Source: an uncultured Chloroflexia bacterium (GTDB lineage: Bacteria > Chloroflexota > Limnocylindria > Limnocylindrales > CSP1-4). Taken from it: DNA of 64,000 nucleotides. The stretch spans positions 235,187 to 299,186 of the forward strand of contig CAWJKF010000008.1 of assembly GCA_963843335.1 (NCBI GenBank), given 5' to 3'. The translations under genes and the position numbers were made by a program. Shown here piece after piece: positions 1 through 8,125 of this stretch. Position 1 is the first letter of the stretch. Each line of letters begins with the position of its first letter. The notes under the pieces are model-generated. The model was given only the letters and a program-made list of their open reading frames with translations, did no database searches and had not been told where the DNA came from.

Positions 1-1
1 G

Positions 2-619
2 TCACGGCCGGCACCTGAGACGCCGCTCTTGGCGTCCACCACGAGGTCCGCGATGAGACCGACCCGTGCAAGCGGTGCGAGCGCCAGGATGGTCGCGGTG
101 GGGTAGCAGCCAGGGGCGCCGACGATGGCCACGTCCGACCCACCGAGCGCGGCGAGCTCCGCCCGATGCAGCTCCGGCAGACCGTAGACGGCACAGGCCA
201 GCAGAGCCGGCGCCGGATGCTCGAAGCCATACCAGCGGGGATAGTCGGCCGGGTCGCGGAGCCGGAAGTCGGGACCCTGGTCGATGATCGCGGCCCCGGA
301 CGCGAGGAGGTCGCCCGCCTGTGCCGCCGCCAGCCCGTGCGGCAGGGCCAGGAAGACGGCGTCCGCCTCTGGCAGCACCGACATCGACCGTGTAGCCGGT
401 TCGGGCCAGATGGGGATGCATGCTGCCCACCGGCTCCTGCTCGCGCCCGCGACCCTGGAGCCCGACGACACGCACGTTCGGGTGCTGGTCGAGCAGCCGC
501 ACCATCTCGCCGCCGGCGTATCCGGTGGCGCCGATGATGCCGACGCGGATGCGCGCGCGACCCCCGAGCGTGGGTGCAGCAGCGGGAGCATCGACGGTTG
601 GGGCCATGGTCTCGGTCAT
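2..619 (-). CDS. argC: N-acetyl-gamma-glutamyl-phosphate reductase, N-terminal part (runs off window start; frameshift near 380)
   Basis: RVGIIGATGYAGGEMVRLLDQHP Rossmann start; after a frame change DAVFLALPHG, DQGPDFRL, YGLPELHR and APGCYPTATILAL can be read. Confidence 0.9.
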   Translation of the reverse strand: MTETMAPTVDAPAAAPTLGGRARIRVGIIGATGYAGGEMVRLLDQHPNVRVVGLQGRGREQEPVGSMHPHLARTGYTVDVGAARGGRRLPGPAARAGGGTGGRPPRVRGRDHRPGSRLPAPRPGRLSPLVWLRASGAGSAGLCRLRSAGAASGGARRARWVGRGHRRRPWLLPHRDHPGARTACTGRSHRGPRGGRQERRLRCRP

Positions 620-647
620 CGTCGCCGGATGATACCGGCCACCGGCG

Positions 648-1130
648 TCAGGCGGACGGACGGATGTCGGCGCTCCCGACGTGGTCCGCGAGCAGGCAGA
701 CCGCCATCCCCGGCGCCAGGTCGGATGCCGCGGCGGCCAGTCGACGGTCGTTGGTCACCAGGTAGGTCGCACCGGCCAGGATCCCGGTGGCCAGCATGAT
801 GGCGTCCGGCAGGCGCAGCGATGACACGGCGCACATCCGGGCGGCCTCGGCGGCGACCAGGAAGTCCACCGACCGGATCGTCAGCCCGGGCATGTCCACG
901 ATCTCGAAGGCGACGCTACGTGCGGTTCCGTCCCGATGTGGTCGAACCAGGATCTCGCCGGCGGCAAGAGCGGACAGCACCGCGTCGTTGCGTTCGCCGC
1001 CGAGGTAGTCCTCGATGATCACGCGTGCGACCGGAGATACGGTCTCAGCAGCAGCCAGGTATGCGATAAGGACCGAGCTATCCAGGACCAGGCGCGCACC
1101 CGCGGCGATGGAGGCATCAAGACTGGTCAT
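648..1130 (-). CDS. vapC: PIN-domain (VapC-type) toxin
   Basis: LVLDSSVLIAYL, LSALAAGEIL, LRLPDAIMLATG and LVTNDRRL carry the acidic PIN residues; ATG at 1130 overlaps the antitoxin end. Confidence 0.85.
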   Translation of the reverse strand: MTSLDASIAAGARLVLDSSVLIAYLAAAETVSPVARVIIEDYLGGERNDAVLSALAAGEILVRPHRDGTARSVAFEIVDMPGLTIRSVDFLVAAEAARMCAVSSLRLPDAIMLATGILAGATYLVTNDRRLAAAASDLAPGMAVCLLADHVGSADIRPSA

Positions 1131-1389
1131 CGCGTTCCCACTCGTCCCGGAGCTCGTTGATGTGCGCGGCGATCTCCTCGGAGTCGCGCCCCCACATGCC
1201 GGGGAACTTGCCGTACGCGCTCGCGCCGATCTTCTGGAGCTGGATGGACCCGTCGGCCTCGACCCAGATGCGAAGGCGATCCCCCGGGTGGGCATCGATC
1301 GCTCGTGCGATCGCCTCTGGCAGCGTGACCTGGTTCTTGGCCCGCAAGCGTACGGTCTCGATCACGGCGGGGATGGTGGGTGCGGTCAT
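1117..1389 (-). CDS. AbrB/MazE/SpoVT-family antitoxin
   Basis: VRLRAKNQVTLPEAIARAIDAHPGDRLRIWVEADGSIQL swapped-hairpin signature; directly upstream of and overlapping the PIN gene. Confidence 0.85.
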   Translation of the reverse strand: MTAPTIPAVIETVRLRAKNQVTLPEAIARAIDAHPGDRLRIWVEADGSIQLQKIGASAYGKFPGMWGRDSEEIAAHINELRDEWERDDQS

Positions 1390-1730
1390 GCTCCGACTGT
1401 ACCACAGCGAGTACGACGACTCACGCGGCAGTGCGACGTCATGCGCACACTCCCACCACCACACGCTGCCCGTCCACGCCCTGCTGCGGCCTCGGCGTCA
1501 CCGCATTTGCGCCATCAGCGAACGGGCCGGTCGCCGTTGCGTCGATGCCGGGCCCTTGGGCGGTCCGTGACGCACGCTTCTTCCTGCCTGCGCGCAAGAC
1601 GGTGAGCCTGGAGGGCGTTCCCGGTCCAGGAAGCCGTCGCTCACGTCACCGGCGTTCGCGGATGGTGAAGATCTGTCCTCCACCGGCTGGCCCAGCGGCC
1701 GTGCCCGTGCCTCGGGGGCCGGCTGTCGAT

Positions 1731-1744
1731 CGCATATCCATGCG
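1731..1744. promoter_or_regulatory. Palindrome CGCAT-N4-ATGCG, possible ArgR (ARG) box
   Basis: cgcatatccatgcg, 17 bp upstream of the ATG at 1762; spacing matches the TGCAT-N4-ATGCA type ARG box. Confidence 0.3.
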
Positions 1745-1761
1745 CTAGTCTTGTCGCTCCC

Positions 1762-2537
1762 ATGGATGATGCCGAGGACCTTGACGCGCTCCTGCCTGCC
1801 GAGGGTGAGCTCACGTCCGCCGAGCACGTCCCCGCCGAGCCGGCACACCCCGACCTCCAGATCCCGCTGCCTGGCAGCGTCCTCTCCGCGGTCAGCCTTC
1901 GGGTGGGCCCGGACGCCGACTTCGTGGAGCTGCTGCTGCGGCTCCGGACGGCGGGCGCGGACGTCGTGTCCGTCAACTCGTTCCCGGCCACGCGCGGCGA
2001 ACCGGGTGTCGATCGGGTCATGGACGTGGAGTTCCGCGACCTTGACGGCGAGTCGGCGGCGGCTGCGGTCCGGGGCGCCCCGGGTGTCGTCGTCCGCCGA
2101 GCCCCGGCCGACCCTGGGCCAGATCTTCGGCAAGCGGGTGATCATCATCGGCGGCGGGGCGCAGGTCGCCCAGGTGAGCCTGGGTGCGGTCACCGAGTCC
2201 GACCGCCACAACCTCCGGGGCGAGCGCATCTCCGTGGACACCATCGCGCTCGTGGGCGAGAAGAACATCGCCTCCACCGTCCGCGCCGTCGCGGACCTGC
2301 CACGCGCCCACATCCTCGTGCTCGCCGGGTCGATCATGGGCGGCGACATCACCCAGGCGGTGCGCGAGCTCCAGGAGACCGGCATCCCGGTCGATCACGC
2401 TCAACATGGTCGGGTCGGTGACCTCGGTCGCCGACCTCGTGGTCAGCGATCCGGTGCAGGCGGGCACGATGGCGGTCATGGCCATCGCGGATACCGCCCG
2501 CTTCTCGCTCGAGCGCGCCCGGGGCCGCCGTCTCTAG
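1762..2537 (+). CDS. ACT-like + DUF5612 domain protein (two apparent frameshifts, near 2110 and 2395)
   Basis: Joined frames give [46 protein letters not shown]...[10 protein letters not shown]...[35 protein letters not shown], which I recognise as DUF5612-type. Confidence 0.8.
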
Positions 2538-2636
2538 CCTGCGTCGCGAGCGCGGCGCGGGCACACAGGCTGGTACCCGGTCGGGTGCCATGCCGCTACC
2601 CTTGCGCATAGATATCCACCACAGCGGAACGGAGCC

Positions 2637-3974
2637 ATGACCCACAGCACCCTCATCCCTGGCGAGTCGACCAGCGCCCCGGACGTGCCGGATGGCAACG
2701 CCGCCCTCGCCGAGCGTTCCGCCGCGCACCTGTCGCCGGTCCTGGCGCGCTACTACCAGCGCGGCTGGGTCCGCGGGGCGGGTCATCGCCTCTGGGACGC
2801 GGATGGCAAGGAATACCTCGATTTCGCCTGCGGTCTGGCGGTGACCATCCTTGGCCACGCCCATCCCCGGGTGAGCGCCGCCATCCATGCCCAGACCGAC
2901 TCGTTGCTGCACATGTGCAACGGCCTCGGCTACCTGCAGCCAGTGACCGACCTCGCGGACGCCCTCGTGGCGACGTTGCCCGCATCGCTCGACTCGGTCT
3001 TCTTCGCCAACTCCGGGGCGGAGGCCATCGAGGCCGCCGTCAAGCTCGCTCGACGGGTGACCGGCCGGCCGGCCATCATCGGCTTCTCGGGGGCATTCCA
3101 CGGCCGGACATACGCGCCCCTGAGCCTGACCACGAGCAATCTCAACTACCGCGTCGGGCACGGTCCCTTCCTGCCCGAGACGTACATCAGCCCGTTCCCG
3201 AGCGTCTATCGCGGCTACGGCGGCGATGAGGCGGCCGCGGTCGAGGGCGCTCTTGGTGCGCTGCGCAAGATGCTTTCCGAGCAGGTTCCCCCGTCGTCCG
3301 TGGCCGCGTTCATCATCGAGCCGGTCCAGGGCGAGGGCGGCTACGATCCGGCACCCGCCGCGTTCATGCAGGGGTTGCGGGAGATCGCCGACCAGCACGG
3401 GATCCTGTTCATCAGCGACGAGATCCAGGCGGGTCTCGGTCGCACCGGCACCATGTGGGGCTTCCAGCAGTCGGGCATCGTGCCCGACGTGGTGACGCTG
3501 GCCAAGGGCATCGCCAATGGGCTGCCGCTCGCGGCGATGGTGGCCAGCAGCGACCTCATGCGTCGCTGGGGTGCGGGGTCGCACGGCTCGACGTTCGGCG
3601 GCAACCCGGTCTCCTGTGCCGCCGGTGTCGCCGTGCTCGAGACCATCCGCGATGAGCGGCTGGTGGAGAACGCTGCCGCGCGCGGCGCGGAACTGACCGC
3701 GGGCCTGCGCGAGATCGCGGCCGAGGACCCACGTATCGGGGACATCCGGGGCCCCGGCCTCATGATCGGGGTCGAGTTCGTCAAGGACCGCGAGACCCGC
3801 GAGCCGGATGGCGCCATCGGCGATGCGCTCATCGCCCGCTGTGCCGACGAAGGGCTGTTGCTGCTCACCTGCGGCAAGTTCCACAATGTCATCCGCTGGA
3901 TCCCGCCGCTCGACGTCACCTCGGCGGAGATCCAGGAAGCGCTGGGCATCTTCCGGAGCGTCCTCACCAGCTGA
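2637..3974 (+). CDS. Class III PLP-dependent aminotransferase (GabT/ArgD-like)
   Basis: YLDFACGLAV, FANSGAEAIE, FHGRT, EPVQGEGG, DEIQAGLGRTG and TLAKGIANG with the PLP lysine; intact 445 aa ORF. Confidence 0.9.
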   Translation: MTHSTLIPGESTSAPDVPDGNAALAERSAAHLSPVLARYYQRGWVRGAGHRLWDADGKEYLDFACGLAVTILGHAHPRVSAAIHAQTDSLLHMCNGLGYLQPVTDLADALVATLPASLDSVFFANSGAEAIEAAVKLARRVTGRPAIIGFSGAFHGRTYAPLSLTTSNLNYRVGHGPFLPETYISPFPSVYRGYGGDEAAAVEGALGALRKMLSEQVPPSSVAAFIIEPVQGEGGYDPAPAAFMQGLREIADQHGILFISDEIQAGLGRTGTMWGFQQSGIVPDVVTLAKGIANGLPLAAMVASSDLMRRWGAGSHGSTFGGNPVSCAAGVAVLETIRDERLVENAAARGAELTAGLREIAAEDPRIGDIRGPGLMIGVEFVKDRETREPDGAIGDALIARCADEGLLLLTCGKFHNVIRWIPPLDVTSAEIQEALGIFRSVLTS

Positions 3975-4090
3975 CGCCGGCCGGGCGGGCGGGGCTGGGG
4001 CGAGGTCGGCGCGCCCCTCTCTGCCGCCAGGCTCGCCCTCCTGAGGCCGGGCGCTCCTGACCCCGGGGTTCCTGCGCCTGGGGCCTGCTC

Positions 4091-4286
4091 GGTTCACACG
4101 TGGCGTGCACCCGCGACCGATGAGCGTACCGGCGCGGGCCGTTTGGTCGCGTCCGCACACCAGGCGTGCACGGACGACGGCTGTGCGGGTCGTTCGGGGC
4201 ACATCCAGGCCGGTGAACCCCCCGCGCAGCAGCTCGCCGCCATCCGAAGGGGTCAGGTCGTCGTGGGTGCACACCGCACGTGAACC
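4091..4286. repeat. Inverted-repeat-bounded element, family A copy 1 (196 bp)
   Basis: Left arm ggttcacacgtggcgtgcacccgcgac (4091-4117) pairs with right arm gtcgtgggtgcacaccgcacgtgaacc (4260-4286); the same arms recur at 40064-40278. Confidence 0.75.
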
Positions 4287-4726
4287 GCCGGCACGGCCCC
4301 TTCGGCCCCGCACCTCATGTGGTCCCGGACATCAGGCCGCGCCCTGCCGGGGGAAGGCCGTCCCCGTCTCGTGCCGGCTCTTGAGACCCGCGACGATGGC
4401 AAGATTGGTCGCGGAACCAGTGCGATGAGGAACGGTTGGTGATCCCGTGACCTTCGTGCCATGGAAGGCGGCGCCCGCCGCCATCAGGATCCGGTCATGG
4501 CGCCGATGCTGACCGCAGCCATGTCCCGTCCCGGGGTTCGCGGTCGCGCATCGTGGTCGCCAACGGGCCGACCCGTTCCTCGCTGCACGGCCAGCGACGG
4601 TGCGTGCACCTTCGCGTGCGGTGGTAGCCCGGGAGCCCCGGCGCTGCCCACCACGGCGGACCGCCCGACCTGCGCCATCACGCCCGGCGCACCCGAGGTT
4701 CGGGTGTCCCCGGTCCTGATCACGCT

Positions 4727-5140
4727 GTGATGATCGCGAGGCGCCGCGTGTCAGCGGCCGGCGTGGCGCTGCTCGCCGTCTGCGTCCTCGCCGCATGGAG
4801 CGTGTTCTTTCGCCCAACGCCGGCGACCCTCTCCAACGGTCCCGGTCCGGGCTTCTACGCCGTGCCACTGGAGCCGCTGGCGACCCTGTCGCTGCGGGGC
4901 GGCCATCAGATCCTGCCGCCGACCGGGCATCCGATCCCGACGACCACGTACAGGGTCGACTGGGTCGCCACCTGCGAAGCCCGCGCGCGGCTCCAGGGGA
5001 TCGACCTGTTCGATACCGTCTCGGACGGACTGACCGGCGAACGTCTCGTCACCATCACCGCCTCCAACCCGGACACCCGGTTCGAGACGACGCACTGCGG
5101 CGACGACGACACGGTCGACGTCTGGCTCTCCAGGCCCTGA
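4727..5140 (+). CDS. Hypothetical exported/membrane-anchored protein
   Basis: N-terminal hydrophobic helix (AAGVALLAVCVLAAWSVFF); 137 aa; no recognised domain. Confidence 0.5.
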   Translation: MMIARRRVSAAGVALLAVCVLAAWSVFFRPTPATLSNGPGPGFYAVPLEPLATLSLRGGHQILPPTGHPIPTTTYRVDWVATCEARARLQGIDLFDTVSDGLTGERLVTITASNPDTRFETTHCGDDDTVDVWLSRP

Positions 5141-5409
5141 CCCGTCCTCCGGAAAGCTCGTCGTCCGGGCGTCCGTCCGGGTTGCGTTTCGGGACGACAG
5201 GTTGGAGCACAGAGGCAGCCCCGACGGCTATGAGGCGGCTCTCCATTGGCAGTGCTGACCGCCGATGGCACGAAGGTCAGGCGATCACGGTTGGTAATCG
5301 GTGGCTTGGAGCAGGTGCTCGGGCGGTGCCAAGCATCGGGCGGACAGAACCGTGTGGGGTGACCCGGTCGCGGTGCTCGTCGCGCTCGAGAGGGATGGGA
5401 GGGTATCCG

Positions 5410-6130
5410 ATGCGGATGCGGCCGTCCTGCCGTCGAGGCCCTGTCTTGCTGTCCGCGTTGGTCCTGGCGGCGTTCGCGGGAGCGGCTCCGACCGTCGCCC
5501 AGTCCCCGTCGCCCGGCAAGGATGAGGGGCTCATCGTGTTCGGGACCGAGGGCTCGACGCATTGCCAGACCTTCCACACGATCCGGCCCGACGGGTCGCA
5601 GCCGACCCAGCTGGCAGGTGACTGCGGGCCCCAGAACCACGTCCGCTGGCTGCCGGGCAGCGCGGGCGTCATCTATGACCGCGGCCCGGATCCCGCGCGC
5701 AACCTGTTCGTGTCCGCGCCCGATGGCACGGAACCCCGTGCCATCACCGCCGTCACCGACGGCACCCTCTGGTCACCGAGCGTCTCGGCAGACGGGACGA
5801 CCATGATCTACGAGCGGGATACCCTGAACACGGCCCGGGGCATCTTCCTCGCTGACCCCGATGGCACCCACGAGCGCCAGCTGACCGTCGTGTCCGACCC
5901 GGTCCGAGGATACGACGGCAGCCCTGACCTCTCACCGGACGGCAGCACGATCGTGTTCACGCGCGTCACCGGCCCAAACACGGCGGACCTCTGGCTGATC
6001 GACGCGGACGGCAAGGGCCTGAGGCGGCTGACCCATGGACTCCCGTTCCCCGACTACCCGCGATGGTCACCGGACGGACGACGTGTCCTCTTCGCGACCG
6101 ACCTGGGCGTCGGTTCGATCTCGACGGTCT
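5410..6130 (+). CDS. Secreted TolB-like/PD40-repeat beta-propeller protein (3' end uncertain; the ORF reads on to 6483)
   Basis: Signal peptide followed by AQSPSP; repeats PSVSADG, PDLSPDG and PRWSPDG. Confidence 0.75.
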
Positions 6131-6150
6131 CTCCGGTTGGACGCGTCCCG

Positions 6151-6366
6151 TCAGGCGGGCGGGTCGGCGGCCCACCGGAGGATGTCGCCCGGCTGGCAAT
6201 CGAGCACCCGGCACATCGCGTCCAGGGTGGTGAAGCGGATGGCTCGGGCCCGTCCGTTTTTGAGCACCGCGACGTTCGCCGGGGTGATGCCGACGGCCCT
6301 GGCGAAGTCGCCCACGGACATCTTGCGTCGGGCGAGCATGACGTCGAGCTCGACGACGAGGGCCAT
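6151..6366 (-). CDS. Cro/C1-type HTH transcriptional regulator (YozG-like)
   Basis: LDVMLARRKMSVGDFARAVGITPANVAVLKNGRARAIRFTTLDAMCRVLDCQPGDIL; TGATG overlap with the upstream gene. Confidence 0.9.
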   Translation of the reverse strand: MALVVELDVMLARRKMSVGDFARAVGITPANVAVLKNGRARAIRFTTLDAMCRVLDCQPGDILRWAADPPA

Positions 6367-6842
6367 CAGATGACCCAGTCGAGCTCGGCACGGTCGGCCG
6401 TTGCCGCCTCGAGCAGTCCCCGCATGACGATCATGAGCAGCACGAACGCAAGCGTGAGGGCGATGCAGACGACCAGGAGGTAGACCGTCGGGCCGCCACC
6501 ACTCGGGACGAAGCCGAGCATGTGGACCAGGACGATGGCGGTCAGCGTCGCGGCCACCGCTGCGCAGGCGATGATGACGTCGACCCAGCGCACGGCACGA
6601 CGGGTGAAGATGATTCGCTCGCCGACGAATGACAGCAGCCGCCAGACGGCGACCAACGCCACCTGGCCACAGGCGATGAACAGGATCGCAGCCATCGAGT
6701 AGGGGATGACGAGATACGCGACCTCGGGCACCCTGGTCCCTTCCCCGGAGGCCCACACGGGTACGAGGACCTGCACCAGCACGGAGACGAGCAGGAAGAC
6801 GACGAGCGCGACGCGCAGAGTTTGCATGGCGAGCCGGTTCAT
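6366..6842 (-). CDS. DUF2975-family membrane protein
   Basis: Four TM helices and a C-terminal LLEAATADRAELDWVI; the usual partner of YozG-type HTH genes. Confidence 0.8.
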   Translation of the reverse strand: MNRLAMQTLRVALVVFLLVSVLVQVLVPVWASGEGTRVPEVAYLVIPYSMAAILFIACGQVALVAVWRLLSFVGERIIFTRRAVRWVDVIIACAAVAATLTAIVLVHMLGFVPSGGGPTVYLLVVCIALTLAFVLLMIVMRGLLEAATADRAELDWVI

Positions 6843-6957
6843 CTAGCGAGTATCGATTGGTTCCCATCGAGTGTCAATCGGTCCGGACCAAGCGCCGTCC
6901 GATGGCCGTCCGATGGCCGTCCGGCCAGGACGCCAACTCCGTGCGAGAATCCGCCCG

Positions 6958-8100
6958 GTGGAGCGGCACGAGCTGACCCCGGCGCTCGTGCGGTGCCTCA
7001 TCGCCCGCACGTACCCGGCGTGGGCGGATCTCCCTGTCCGGCGGGTCGACCTCGACGGCTGGGACAACGCGACGTTCCGCCTCGGCGACATGCTTTCCGT
7101 CCGACTGCCGAGCGCCGACGGCTACGTGCCCCAGATCGCCAAGGAGCACCGCTGGCTGCCGCACCTGGCCGCGGCGCTCCCGCTGCCGATCCCCGAACCG
7201 GTCGCGATGGCCGGGCCGACGTGCGGGTTCCCACGGCCGTGGTCGGTCTACCGATGGCTGGATGGCGACGTCGCGGCGTCCACGACCATCGCCAACCCCG
7301 TCACGTTCGCCGGCGACCTCGCGCGGTTCCTCGTGGCCCTGCGGGCGGCGGACGCGACCGGCGGCCCGTCTGCCGGCGCGCACAGCTTCGGTCGGGGCGG
7401 CCCGCTCGAGATCTACGACGCCGAGACGCGTGCGGCCATCGTATCGCTGGGGCCTCGGATCGACGGGACGGCGGCGATCCGGACCTGGGAGGACGCGCTC
7501 CATCGGCCATGGCGGGGAGCGCCGGTCTGGGTCCATGGCGACGTCAGCCCATCGAACCTGCTGGTGCGGGATGGTCGGCTGGCCGCCGTCATCGACTTCG
7601 GCTGCAGCGCCATCGGTGACCCCGCCTGCGACACGGTCATGGCCTGGACCTTCTTCGATGGCGTGGCCGCAACGACGTTCCGGCGCACGCTCGAGCTTGA
7701 TGCCGACACCTGGGCGCGCGGTCGTGGCTGGGCCCTGTGGAAGGCGCTCATCACCCTGCGCGACCACCAGGACGACGATGCCACGATAGCCGCGACCATC
7801 CGGCGCTTCGGCTGGCGGCTCGGGCCGGCGGAGGTCATCGCCCGCGTCACCTCCGAGCACGTCGGAGGCGGGCCATTGACGATGCTCAGACCGGGCAGGC
7901 CCAGCTCGACAGCGGATGGCGGTGCGTGCGATCCGATCAAGACAGAACATCACCTGCGGACTGATCGCCGGCAGACCGGCCGAGGCCGACGCACACCGCC
8001 ACGCTCAGCTCGGGCGCCAGTCCGGCCAGAACCCGTGACGATCAGATCGTTGGACAACGATGTGTCATGGCGCGACTGGCCATCAGTCCGTGGCGGATGA
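6958..8100 (+). CDS. Aminoglycoside phosphotransferase (APH)-family kinase; homologous region ends near 7870
   Basis: GWDNATFRLG, KEHRWLP, WVHGDVSPSNLLV, VIDFG, GDPACD and WARGRGWAL. Confidence 0.85.
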   Translation: MERHELTPALVRCLIARTYPAWADLPVRRVDLDGWDNATFRLGDMLSVRLPSADGYVPQIAKEHRWLPHLAAALPLPIPEPVAMAGPTCGFPRPWSVYRWLDGDVAASTTIANPVTFAGDLARFLVALRAADATGGPSAGAHSFGRGGPLEIYDAETRAAIVSLGPRIDGTAAIRTWEDALHRPWRGAPVWVHGDVSPSNLLVRDGRLAAVIDFGCSAIGDPACDTVMAWTFFDGVAATTFRRTLELDADTWARGRGWALWKALITLRDHQDDDATIAATIRRFGWRLGPAEVIARVTSEHVGGGPLTMLRPGRPSSTADGGACDPIKTEHHLRTDRRQTGRGRRTPPRSARAPVRPEPVTIRSLDNDVSWRDWPSVRGG

Positions 8101-8125
8101 TCGGTCTCACGGGGTCGCGATCGGA

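Noticed and set aside
1511-1666. Imperfect inverted repeat gccatcagcgaacgggccggt / accggcgttcgcggatggt about 155 bp apart
   Set aside because: No second copy in the window and it needs a gap to align; it could be chance in GC-rich DNA, so I did not call it an element.
2349-4313. 654-aa ORF on the minus strand (and similar long antisense ORFs opposite korA, ilvD, ALDH and the FGGY kinase)
   Set aside because: Shadow ORFs caused by high-GC codon bias; no motifs, and they fully overlap well-supported genes.
4056-4440. Assignment of the structured region as SRP RNA, tmRNA, RNase P, group II intron or a known riboswitch
   Set aside because: Diagnostic motifs (SRP GGAA/AGCAG loop, tmRNA ends, RNase P GAGGAAAGUCC, domain V, lysine/cobalamin/glycine cores) were not found; kept only as an unassigned candidate.
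4461-4730. 89-aa ORF abutting the 4727 gene
   Set aside because: No recognisable domain or convincing RBS; not supportable.
6958-8100. APH as a bona fide antibiotic-resistance gene
   Set aside because: It belongs to the broad APH/choline-kinase-like family common in soil bacteria; nothing in the sequence specifies an aminoglycoside substrate or a mobile context.
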